Positions 35,248 to 43,973 of a stretch of 64,000 nucleotides of DNA are shown here, piece by piece. Location: contig CAWFSF010000005.1 in the NCBI GenBank assembly GCA_963818475.1, positions 32,001-96,000 of the forward strand, in the 5' to 3' direction. A program made the translations under genes and the position numbers. Below the pieces are notes generated by a model. That model ran no database searches and was not told where the DNA came from. It worked only from the letters and a program-made list of their open reading frames with translations. The DNA is from Nitrospirota bacterium. GTDB taxonomy: Bacteria; Nitrospirota; UBA9217. The stretch's first letter is position 1. Every line of letters begins with the position of its first letter.

Positions 35248-35790
35248 TTATTCATTGCCGACACGATGTTTGAATGTAATCTCATTATGCGCACCCCAAT
35301 CGTCATGATAAATTCCCTGTTTCACATAGCGATTAAAGGTCGAATGCGGCCATAATTTTGGGGCCTTCGTCAAACCATGCTTTACCGGATTGTAATGAAT
35401 GTATTCAACATGTCTGATAAAATCGTCATCATCCCTTATCTGATGTTCCCAGTAACGCCTTTGCCAGATTGCTTGTTCACCTTTATCGAGATGGGCTGCC
35501 ATTTGCCGCCCCTTGAACTCCTCCCGGCATTGTCTGCTGAAATGACTCTTGATCTGACGCCAGCGCATGGAAAAGTTGCTGTCATTTTCCGGCAAGGTCC
35601 AGATACAATGCAGATGGTCGGGCAGCAATACAAAAGCTTCTACGGTAAATGGATGTCGCTCCATGATGGATTGGAAAGCCTCTTTCAGCAGTGAAACATT
35701 TGATTCATGACAGAGGATGGCACGTCGTTCGTACGTCACAATCGTAAAAAAGAACGTTGCCCCTTTCGCCGTCGATCTTCTGTATTGCAT
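35248..35790 (-). CDS. REP-associated tyrosine transposase (RAYT, Y1 HUH)
   Basis: FFFTIVT, LPDHLHCIW (HUH), WQRRYWEH.IRD, YIHYNPVKHG. Confidence 0.93.
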   Translation of the reverse strand: MQYRRSTAKGATFFFTIVTYERRAILCHESNVSLLKEAFQSIMERHPFTVEAFVLLPDHLHCIWTLPENDSNFSMRWRQIKSHFSRQCREEFKGRQMAAHLDKGEQAIWQRRYWEHQIRDDDDFIRHVEYIHYNPVKHGLTKAPKLWPHSTFNRYVKQGIYHDDWGAHNEITFKHRVGNE

Positions 35791-35823
35791 CCTTCCTCTG
35801 ATGCTGGTCAATCGTTAGCATTG

Positions 35824-35855
35824 TGTCGGGTTTCGCTACGCTCTACCCGACCTAC
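35824..35855 (-). repeat. GTAG-type REP, right flank of RAYT (inverted)
   Basis: Reverse complement of the left REP with 1 mismatch. Confidence 0.85.
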
Positions 35856-35871
35856 GAAACTGCGTACTTAA

Positions 35872-36348
35872 TCAACGCTTGCGTCCTATGGGATTCTCTC
35901 GGGAAGTCTGCTGCCCGAGCTGTTGGGCGAGCCCGATGAGAATTCCTTCGGGACCCCGGATGTAGCAGAGCCGATATATGTTTTCATACTGGACCACTTC
36001 GCCGACGAGCTTCGCGCCGCGTTTGCCGAGCCGGACGAGCGTATCGTCGATGTCCTCCACGGTGAACATGACGCGTAGGTAACCGAGAGCGTTCACTGGG
36101 GCGCTGCGGTGATCGGCGACCACGGGCGGCGCGAGGAAGCGGGACAGCTCGAGCCGGCTGTGACCGTCCGGCGTACGCATCATGGCAATCTCGACGCGCA
36201 TGTCGCGCAATCCGGTGACGCCATCTGCCCAGTCTCCTTCAACTGTGGCACGCCCCTCGAGATCGAGACCAAGTTCGGTGAAGAACTCAATGGCGGCATC
36301 GATGTCTTCAACCACGATGCCGACGTTGTCCATACGCATGACTGTCAT
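35872..36348 (-). CDS. VOC/glyoxalase family protein (cassette-like)
   Basis: DNVGIVVED...FF..LG, LELSRF, YIRGPEGILI; preceded by GTTAGAA box and SD. Confidence 0.88.
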   Translation of the reverse strand: MTVMRMDNVGIVVEDIDAAIEFFTELGLDLEGRATVEGDWADGVTGLRDMRVEIAMMRTPDGHSRLELSRFLAPPVVADHRSAPVNALGYLRVMFTVEDIDDTLVRLGKRGAKLVGEVVQYENIYRLCYIRGPEGILIGLAQQLGQQTSRENPIGRKR

Positions 36349-36413
36349 GATGTCTCCTTGGCTTCTAACAAGTTGTTTACTAGAAGCATAAAGCATCCAA
36401 TCCACAACACGCT

Positions 36414-36459
36414 ATGGTTCAATTGATTCAATTGAACCATATTTAAGAACTTTTGTCAA
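36414..36459 (-). promoter_or_regulatory. Sigma70 promoter with overlapping 27-bp palindromic operator at the head of the array
   Basis: TTGACA-17-TTCAAT; perfect ATGGTTCAATTGA-T-TCAATTGAACCAT at 36414-36440. Confidence 0.6.
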
Positions 36460-36495
36460 GAGGAAATTTTAGAGATGAAGAGAGAGGTGAGAAGA

Positions 36496-37338
36496 TTACA
36501 TTTCCGGCAGCAGAATATTGATCTGGCTTCCGGGGAAAGAGATGAGATTTCGTTCCTGTGCCGCGCCCCTGGCCCAGGGCGGGATGATGGAGAGCCGGGC
36601 AGTACCCGAGCGGATGGAAAGTTTGCCCTGCCATTGCTCGACAAAACGCCTGACCGCGGCGAGTCCATGGCCCCTGCCCTCGTCTTCATAGCGCGACGCG
36701 CCGTGCAGGAGCGCATGGTCGATGGCGTCAAGGTCTCCCTTCAGCTTGAACCGGTGCGAAAGAGATTTGCGAAATCCTACTCCCACGTCCATGACCGCGA
36801 TCTTGACGACATTCTTATTCATGCTCTGGTAGCGGTACTTCTGTATCCCTACATAGCCCGTGGTCTCGCTGTGTTCGATGATGTTCTGACAGACCTCGGA
36901 CAATGCCACGATAAAACCGTTGATGGTCCGGTCGTCGTATCGAAGATGCGTTGCGAGTATGGCCTGAGCGCGGTCTCTTACCTTTCCGACGATGGTGTGG
37001 ATGTCGTTGGACTTCTCGATCGCGGTGATTTCGAGCAGGACATCGGAATCGGGGTTTCGGTCATATTTTTCGGGAAGGTCGGGTGAAGAATAGTCGAGGG
37101 TGAAATAACGTTTCGCAAACGTAAAGAAGTCCATCCGGTCGAGGTAGGCGATCACCTCGGGAGATTGCGGGAGAATAACGCTCTTCCTCACATCCTCAAG
37201 CAGGCAAAGCTCGCCGATTTCGAGGAGCGCCAGCATGCCATAGGGATCGATAAAGGAAACTGTGCTGAGGTCTATCTGTTCCGAGCGAATAAAGGACTTG
37301 AGGGTTTGTTCGAAGGTATCTTCGGTTATCTGGTTCAT
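36496..37338 (-). CDS. STAS-like plus HATPase_c ATP-binding protein
   Basis: IDLSTVSFIDP N-terminus; EVCQNIIEH, DVGVG, GRGHGL GHKL boxes; no H-box. Confidence 0.8.
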   Translation of the reverse strand: MNQITEDTFEQTLKSFIRSEQIDLSTVSFIDPYGMLALLEIGELCLLEDVRKSVILPQSPEVIAYLDRMDFFTFAKRYFTLDYSSPDLPEKYDRNPDSDVLLEITAIEKSNDIHTIVGKVRDRAQAILATHLRYDDRTINGFIVALSEVCQNIIEHSETTGYVGIQKYRYQSMNKNVVKIAVMDVGVGFRKSLSHRFKLKGDLDAIDHALLHGASRYEDEGRGHGLAAVRRFVEQWQGKLSIRSGTARLSIIPPWARGAAQERNLISFPGSQINILLPEM

Positions 37339-37799
37339 CGGGAGAAATAAAACACCGCAGCCTGAAGCACGAGATTCGTATAGATCCCGGCGCCGATGTC
37401 GTCGAGCATCACGCCGAGTCCGCCGGGGATCTTTTCGAGCCGTCTCAGGGGAAAGGGCTTAATGATATCGAAGAACCGGAACAGAAAAAAACCAGCTGCC
37501 GCATACCACAACCCCGCAGGGACCAGAAACATGGCCACCAGGTATCCTGCGATCTCATCGATCACGATAGAGGGGCTGTCCTTGCGCCCAAGCAGGACTT
37601 CGGCGCGGTCAGCGGCCCAGGTCCCGAGAAGGAACACTGCAAGCATCAGCAGCGCGTACCAACTCGGCGAAAAGCCCTTCATGCACCAATAGAGGAGAAC
37701 TCCGACAACTGTCCCGGCTGTACCCGGAGCAAAGGGCGACAGGCCGGAATAGGCGCCCTGGGAAATAAAGAGGATGATCGTTCGGAAAAAAATATTCAT
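37335..37799 (-). CDS. pgpA: Phosphatidylglycerophosphatase A
   Basis: APGT.GT, IVIDEIAG, FRFFDIIKP, GVMLDD. Confidence 0.95.
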   Translation of the reverse strand: MNIFFRTIILFISQGAYSGLSPFAPGTAGTVVGVLLYWCMKGFSPSWYALLMLAVFLLGTWAADRAEVLLGRKDSPSIVIDEIAGYLVAMFLVPAGLWYAAAGFFLFRFFDIIKPFPLRRLEKIPGGLGVMLDDIGAGIYTNLVLQAAVFYFSR

Positions 37800-37802
37800 T
37801 CA

Positions 37803-37944
37803 CCCTAACCCGGACACGTTCACGTCAAGTGCTGGTCTTACAGACCCGGATAACGGGTTGCACGGAAGTCACAGATGACAGAGAGAATAAAGATAATGCT
37901 GTCAACGTTCGTTCACCCGTGGAGAAGATCTATTCGGGTTTGGG
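37803..37944. mobile_element. AACCCG-ended MITE-like element
   Basis: Imperfect TIR ccctaacccggaca/tattcgggtttggg directly upstream of pgpA. Confidence 0.45.
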
Positions 37945-38141
37945 CGGATCAATAATATCCTCGTCGCCATAGGATTCAACGACTCCGTTGATGATGCGTA
38001 TGTAAAATTTATTTGATCTGAATTTACGCGTCTTGTTCATGTACACAAGATATTTGACATCTTTTTTTGCCGATACGCTCAAAGGCGGCCCCTCAAGCGA
38101 TAGTCACCGCCTCCTCGGGCATCCCGATGATGAGCGAAGCA

Positions 38142-38375
38142 CTATTGAAGTCTGCGGTCGCGCATGGCGATTTTTATCACGCGGTCGTTCTGCAGGATAA
38201 CATGCCGCACGCCGTACCGCCAGCATTCGATGCCGCCGGCCCCCACCCATTTATCGCCAGGCCTGCCCTCCGCCGAAAGCAGGTCCTGTTGGGTCATGCC
38301 GACCGTTGCCACGGCGCACCCGGTGAGGAGCAGCACATATCCGATCATGATCATGCGGAGCAACAGATATCTCAT
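38142..38375 (-). CDS. Small lipoprotein
   Basis: LLTGC lipobox, GMTQQDL...G.P...W.Y (SmpA/BamE-like pattern). Confidence 0.55.
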   Translation of the reverse strand: MRYLLLRMIMIGYVLLLTGCAVATVGMTQQDLLSAEGRPGDKWVGAGGIECWRYGVRHVILQNDRVIKIAMRDRRLQ

Positions 38376-38433
38376 ACATCAGTCCTTGTCTGCCGAATTT
38401 GGACAATCAGTGCGCCTGCAAGCGGAAGGCAGA

Positions 38434-39046
38434 TCAAAAGACGTCTCCGGGCGACCGGAACAGAATGCCGATATTCACATAGATCAGCCGTTCCTTGATG
38501 TCGAGATCATAGAACGAGGTTGTGGAATCTCCTTCATAATTCATGAACAGATACCCTGCCTTGACCGCGAAAGTGACCGTACCGGGTAAATTGAAATTCA
38601 TGCCCAGCACGGGCCCCACGCCACCGCCGAAAAAATCATAGTCATTGAGCGAATCGCTTCCCTTCGGCCAGGCAAGGCGGATCTCCGGTCCCATCCACAA
38701 ACGAAAGCCATCTGTCCGCACTATGCCGAACCCGAAGGAATTGCTGATCATCAGGCCGCCAAGCTTCAGATCACTGACCTGCAAATTTATTGGTAAACTC
38801 ATCGTATCCCAGATTCAGCTGATAGTTGAAAAAGCTGTCCCGCGCCACAGCAGTGTCAAATACAAACCCCGCACCCTGATGCGCGGTCTTATCTTTAAAA
38901 CTGGTGCTGGAGTAGTCATCCGACCACGTCGCAGACCCGTCGCCGCCGACGGAGCCGTAAATACCGAATCCTGCGGCATGGGCATCAGATGTTCCCAGGA
39001 CCAGCGCGGTTGCAAAACAAATACACAATACGAGAATGTTCTTCAT
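38434..39046 (-). CDS. Outer-membrane beta-barrel protein (frameshift ~38777)
   Basis: Signal peptide ending AHA, amphipathic strands across both ORFs. Confidence 0.7.
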
Positions 39047-39654
39047 CAAAAGCCTCCTTGAATATATTATGAAAGACTGCTGCTTCCAGTTTTCAGTCTT
39101 TAGTATTATGCATTTTATATGAGTCTGTGAATGGCAGCAAGAGAAAATCTGCAGAAGAAAAGGGGTATTTTCAGGGCATATGCGGAAAGTTGCATAATGA
39201 TGCAACGCAGAGCGTGCTTAAACAATGCTAGGCAAACTGTGGGGAAACATGAGGGGGCAAAGCTGAGGAGGCAGATAATCGCGTGAAGTCAACTGCAGCA
39301 CGCCTCAAGGGTGAATGAACATACTCTTTTAAGCGATTTTTTTCGCGGAGCAATCCTCACGACGTTCAAGCGTATAAGGACACACTCGCACCTGCTTAAG
39401 CGGTTTGCGCGACGTTCTTTTTCTTGTGTATGACAGGGCCGGACCAACAGACCGCCCCTCTCTCACGTGACTCATATTGACCGCTGTCATTATCTCTTTC
39501 CTCCCTCCTGCTCGTCGATACTTTCTATGATAGCATATTTTTTACCACTCACAATATGTTGAAATACCGAGCAATTGCCAGCAAGTTTACCATCCTGGTG
39601 ACCAATGAATTCACTCAGTCACGGCAACTAACACGGGTCTGATCCCTGGATGTT

Positions 39655-40482
39655 TCATAATTTTCTGTCGAGCAAACCGGCAAGACGCTCCAGATGTTCT
39701 TTTTCAGCTGCTGCGAGCAGAGAGAAGAGCTCTTTGGCATTTGTATCAGAGCCTCTCCGGCCCATCTTGATATAGAGGTCATAGGAATTTGTTTCGAGGC
39801 CGATCGCAAGATCCAGCACATCAGTGAGCTTTTTATCCCTGGCCCAGTCCAGGGCACCGGAAATGCTCATGCCCCCTTCCATAACATCCTCGGAAGTTCC
39901 AAGGCTGGCCAGTGGAAAGCCGGATGATGTAGTGGTCAGCTTGCGGAGCAGGTCCGCAAGCATTGATTGGTGAAGCTCTTCCGCAACAACAAGGTTCTCA
40001 AAGAGCTCGACTGCATCCCGATCGATCAGCAAGGTCTGTATCTCTGTGTAAAACCTCCGGCTCCCCTCCTCCAATGACCAGGCCAGGGCAATGAGCTCTT
40101 CCGTCGGCGCGTCATCCGGAAAGCGGGCCATCCCTGCATCAGGCTCGCCAGTCGCGACGAGGCCGTCCCACGCCCGCATCCCACCTTCCATACTGTACAC
40201 TTCCTTGAATCCGGCAGTGGCGAGCATCGACGCAGCGGCACGGCTGCGAACACCTGAGCCTCAATAAGCAAGGGTCGGTTTGTTCGGATCGAGCTGATCC
40301 GCAAGAGACAGGAGATCGGCGGCAGGCATGAGCCGGGCGCCGGGCAGATGGGCTCGTTCATATTCCCCGGGCTGCCGCACGTCGATCAGATTATATTCTG
40401 AGGCGTCCTTACGGCTGAGAAGCTCCCTGACCTGCGCTGCGCTCATCGTCGGCACCGGCTTAAAATAATCGCGTATGCTCAC
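39655..40482 (-). CDS. Rhodanese + rubrerythrin/ferritin-like fusion, probable selenoprotein (Sec74, TGA at 40261-40263)
   Basis: ORFs 40261-40482 and 39655-40227 are in frame. IDVRQPGEY..HLPGA...LAY-U-GSGVRS...SMEGG, then two E...ExxH helical halves. Confidence 0.8.
40231..40260 (-). promoter_or_regulatory. Candidate bacterial SECIS hairpin
   Basis: CGCAGC-CGUGCC-GCUGCG; loop starts 18 nt after UGA with G at loop position 2 followed by U. Confidence 0.65.
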
Positions 40483-40675
40483 GGGTCATCTCCTGCGTGG
40501 ATCCTCTCACCTTTTTGGAACGGTCATGCCGAAAGTATAGCACAGGGCTGCAGATGATTTCGACAAGACCTCGGTAACGGGATTTTCACTCGGAGAAGAA
40601 AGAGCGATAAGCCTGGCAGGGGTGAGTCAGAACGTGCAGAGAAGCCCCGGAAGCGGTCGATCCCGCAGTCCGTTA

Positions 40676-40732
40676 TTTCACATTCCGAATTTGAACCACC
40701 GATTCCGCAATCCGAAATCCGCAATCCGAATT
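40676..40732. repeat. Heptamer tandem repeat (AATCCGC family, one arm)
   Basis: gattccgc-aatccga-aatccgc-aatccga directly after the dus stop. Confidence 0.7.
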
Positions 40733-40738
40733 AGAACA

Positions 40739-41722
40739 TCAGGTGCCGTTTTCAAAAAATAGACCTGCCCTTTCCCACGCTTCATCCATAGTCGCGCTGG
40801 ACTGGACCCGCGATGCCAGGAGGTGGCCGAACTGATAGTTTCGGGCGAAATAATGCGTGAATTCCTTAAGCCTGCCGAGCCGGTATTCAGGCCGGAAAAG
40901 CTCGTTGAGGTGCTTGATAAAACTGCCATAGACCATCGGAAGCGAAACTGATGGATGATCGATGGCGCAGCCGTACACGTCCCGGGCGATCTCGGCAAAG
41001 AGCCAGGGTCGTATCGCTGCTCCGCGGCCGATCATCAGACCGTCGGCGCCGGACATGCGAAGACACTGTTCCGCATCCTGGACCGTGAAGATCCCGCCAT
41101 TGGCAATGACCGGGATCCTGACACGGCCTTTTACCTTGGCGACCCAGTCCCAGCGCGGCGCTCTGGCAAAGGACTCTTTTTTGAGCCGGGCATGGACCGA
41201 GAGCATATCAATGCCTTCATCTTCGAGCATGCTGCAGAAGTCCAGTAATTTCTGTTCGTCCAATTCGATGCCGAGCCGGATCTTTGCCGTAAGCGGGAGT
41301 TCGGTTCGCTTCCGGGCTTCGGCCACCATACGGCGTACATCCTCGGGCTGTTCCATCAGCCTGATACCCGCTCCCATCTTACCAACAGCGGGGGCAGGAC
41401 AGCCCATATTCAGGTCGATCGCATCCGGTTTCAGCTTATGCAGAACATCGATGGCCGGACCGATCTCCTGGTCCGTGGAGATCAGCAGCTGATAGGAAAG
41501 CGGTTTTTCCAGCACCGTCCTGATAATGTACGGCGAGAACCGGGGACTTTCGGTGGGCAGCCTTTTTGCCGCCAGCATCTCCGTTGACAACAGGCCGACC
41601 CCGCCGAAACCGGAACAGATCTGCCGGAGAGCGCTGTGCGTCAGGCCTGCCATGGGCGCCAGGAGCAGAGGCGGATCGATGGTAAGATCCCGGATCTGAA
41701 TTTTTCGGACGAGTGTTTTCAT
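40739..41722 (-). CDS. tRNA-dihydrouridine synthase family protein
   Basis: LAPMAG, DLNMGCP, HAR, ANGGI, MIGRG. Confidence 0.92.
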   Translation of the reverse strand: MKTLVRKIQIRDLTIDPPLLLAPMAGLTHSALRQICSGFGGVGLLSTEMLAAKRLPTESPRFSPYIIRTVLEKPLSYQLLISTDQEIGPAIDVLHKLKPDAIDLNMGCPAPAVGKMGAGIRLMEQPEDVRRMVAEARKRTELPLTAKIRLGIELDEQKLLDFCSMLEDEGIDMLSVHARLKKESFARAPRWDWVAKVKGRVRIPVIANGGIFTVQDAEQCLRMSGADGLMIGRGAAIRPWLFAEIARDVYGCAIDHPSVSLPMVYGSFIKHLNELFRPEYRLGRLKEFTHYFARNYQFGHLLASRVQSSATMDEAWERAGLFFENGT

Positions 41723-41842
41723 TTTCTCTTCACTAAGGATCCAGATGCGGAGTTTTGCGTTGCGCAGGGAAGCTTCATGATAATCGATCCGAAGACGGGT
41801 TCACACGGGCCGGAGAACGGGAGGTCGTTAACAACGCGTTGA

Positions 41843-42475
41843 CTACTCGCTGCACGTCTTTTTCTTTTCACAAGCCTCGCCGATCTGTATGGCGCGGCCA
41901 TCAGCACCCTGGGGAACGCTGCAGCGAATTGCGTCAAAGGCGAGCAGGATGCGCTTTTCCTTCTCAATCCGCTCTGCAGCAAGCGGTTTTTGGTCGATGC
42001 CGGCAAGCATCTTCAGCAGCTCTTCTCTGACCGGGACCGAGCCAAAGCCTTCTCCGATCACATTGCCGGTTGCGGTATCCAGGAATTCCGCATGCTCCGG
42101 ATCTGCAACCACCGCGAACGGCACAGGCGGTACAGCGAGCAGCCGGGCCGCGGCAATGGCCTGGCGCTCACGGGAAGAGAGCGAGCCCGCGGAACATTTG
42201 ATGACCATCGCTTTTTTCCCACCTAGGGTCACCAGGAAATCCACAGAGGAATGCGCGTTCTCAGCACCGAGCGTAACGGTAAAAATGACGTTCCGCTCGA
42301 CCTCTTCCGCGGCATAGCCTTTCTTTTCCAGGAGAAGAAAGTACATCATCTTGCGTGCTGCAGCAGCAAGATGGGCGCCGTCCTCCATCTCCTGCTCGAT
42401 GATCGCAAAGATTTTTTTTTCACGCTGCACTAATTCGTCTTCCATCTTTGCCTGCTCTTTCATGACAAATTCCAC
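41843..42475 (-). CDS. Stand-alone type I restriction enzyme HsdR N-terminal-like protein
   Basis: LL.EKGY....V, VDFLV, VIKC, ERQA.A.ARLL pattern. Confidence 0.6.
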   Translation of the reverse strand: MEFVMKEQAKMEDELVQREKKIFAIIEQEMEDGAHLAAAARKMMYFLLLEKKGYAAEEVERNVIFTVTLGAENAHSSVDFLVTLGGKKAMVIKCSAGSLSSRERQAIAAARLLAVPPVPFAVVADPEHAEFLDTATGNVIGEGFGSVPVREELLKMLAGIDQKPLAAERIEKEKRILLAFDAIRCSVPQGADGRAIQIGEACEKKKTCSE

Positions 42476-42478
42476 CTT

Positions 42479-42516
42479 TACCCTCTCCCCCGAGGGGAGA
42501 GGGTAGGGTGAGGGGG
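42479..42516. repeat. CCCTCTCCC/GGGAGAGGG REP-like hairpin
   Basis: taccctctcccc-cga-ggggagagggta followed by gggtgagggg. Confidence 0.65.
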
Positions 42517-42524
42517 TGGTTTTA

Positions 42525-43178
42525 TTATTTTTTCTTTGCTGGTTTGGCCTTCTTCGCAGCTTTCTTCACTGCTTTTTTCACTGCCTTCTTTTTCGCAGGT
42601 GCGGCCTTTTTTACCGCCTTCTTCGCCGGTGCTGCTGTTTTTTTCTTTGCAGCTTTTTTTACAGCTTTTTTCGCTGTTTTCTTTTTCGGCTGGGCAGGCT
42701 TCTTGGGGGTCACCGACGCAAGTGTTGCAAGCTCCTTTCTCCCCGGCGTAGTGATCGCCCGGGTGCCTGCAGCCATGATGCCGGTGCCGCTGGAAGCCGA
42801 TGTCGCAGCCGGCAGCTGGAGCGGCTTCGGCGCGGGATTCGCCTTTGGCGCGCCGCCGGGCAGCATGCCGAGGATGTTCCGCTCGCGAACCAGGACGCGG
42901 TCCTCGTCGCCGACCTTGTAGGTCTGGCCGGCATATTGCTCGTAGAGCACATAGTCTCCCGGCTTGACTGTCGTTTTTATGAACTTCCGGTCCTTGGGGT
43001 CCTTCTTTTTCTTCTTGTCATAGGGTTCTTCTTCAAGCGCACCCGGTCCGATCGCCTCTACCACGCCCTGTGCCGGCTTTTCCCTGGCCGAATCGGGAAC
43101 ATAGAGGCCTCCCGCGCTCACTTCTTCAGCCGGGGATGGCTTGATCACTGCCCAGTCTTGCAAAGGTACCAGTTTCAT
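42525..43178 (-). CDS. GroES-family co-chaperonin with Lys/Ala-rich histone-H1-like C-terminal tail
   Basis: Start MKLVPLQDW at 43178 (SD AGGAGG); GGLYVPDSAREKP..G.V.AIGPG, VKPGD.VL...Y.G; tail of KKAVKKAAKK/PAKK repeats. Confidence 0.85.
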   Translation of the reverse strand: MKLVPLQDWAVIKPSPAEEVSAGGLYVPDSAREKPAQGVVEAIGPGALEEEPYDKKKKKDPKDRKFIKTTVKPGDYVLYEQYAGQTYKVGDEDRVLVRERNILGMLPGGAPKANPAPKPLQLPAATSASSGTGIMAAGTRAITTPGRKELATLASVTPKKPAQPKKKTAKKAVKKAAKKKTAAPAKKAVKKAAPAKKKAVKKAVKKAAKKAKPAKKK

Positions 43179-43326
43179 CGATGTTCCTCCTGAAATGATC
43201 TCCCGTAGGAGAACCATGCTCGCTACCAAGTATGGTATAGTTGTTGTATACGATTTTCCCAACACAATAATAACACGTTTATTATACGGGAAAACAACGC
43301 TCCTGTCAAAAGAAGAGGGAGGGATC

Positions 43327-43881
43327 ATGCATAAACTGGCAGCAATGGCGTTGGCAATGTTCTTCCTGGCGGGCGGAACAGCGGCTTTTGCAGATTCCAC
43401 GACAGTTTCGGACAAAGGGATGTTCGAAGTGGACGGCTCCTTTGGCTTTGGGAGCGGGTCGGGACCTTTGGACAACGGCGGCGGTGTCAACTTCGGCGCA
43501 GGCTCTATGCTGAACACCATCGACAGCAACCTTCAGGCGCGCGTCGATATGTCCTATTATGATTTCAGCACTGATTTCCTGGGTTATGACCTGTCCTATA
43601 CGCGCGTACCGATCACCGTCAGCGCTCGTTATTACTTTCCGATCAATGGCCGGCTGAAAGCTTTTGCCCAGGCAGGCCTTGAGACCAGCTTCGATTCTTT
43701 CGAGTCTTATGAAGGCACGGTGAACAAGCATACGGAAAACGAGGTGAATTTCGGGATCACGCCGGGCGGCGGCATCGAATTCCGGGTATTACCGGACGTC
43801 AGTATTTTCGCCCTCGGCAGGATCCATATCATCACGGACAATTACTTCAGCATGCAGTTCGGCGCCGCATTCCACTTCTGA
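43327..43881 (+). CDS. Outer-membrane beta-barrel protein (OmpW/OmpA-like)
   Basis: Signal peptide ending AFA, ARYYF, GGGIEF, C-terminal AFHF. Confidence 0.8.
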   Translation: MHKLAAMALAMFFLAGGTAAFADSTTVSDKGMFEVDGSFGFGSGSGPLDNGGGVNFGAGSMLNTIDSNLQARVDMSYYDFSTDFLGYDLSYTRVPITVSARYYFPINGRLKAFAQAGLETSFDSFESYEGTVNKHTENEVNFGITPGGGIEFRVLPDVSIFALGRIHIITDNYFSMQFGAAFHF

Positions 43882-43973
43882 TCCCTGGCATCGCAGCCGC
43901 GATAAGACTGCTCTCTGCCCTACTCGCTGGGCGGGCCGCCTTTATCCCTCCCGGCAGCGGCGCTTTTTCGTCT

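Noticed and set aside
39329-39490. Possible frameshifted ~54-aa minus-strand gene with a strong SD
   Set aside because: Needs an assumed frameshift and has no recognisable motif; cannot be supported.
43179-43529. N-terminal extension of the GroES ORF (334-aa call)
   Set aside because: It overlaps the divergent beta-barrel gene; SD and homology start at ATG 43178.
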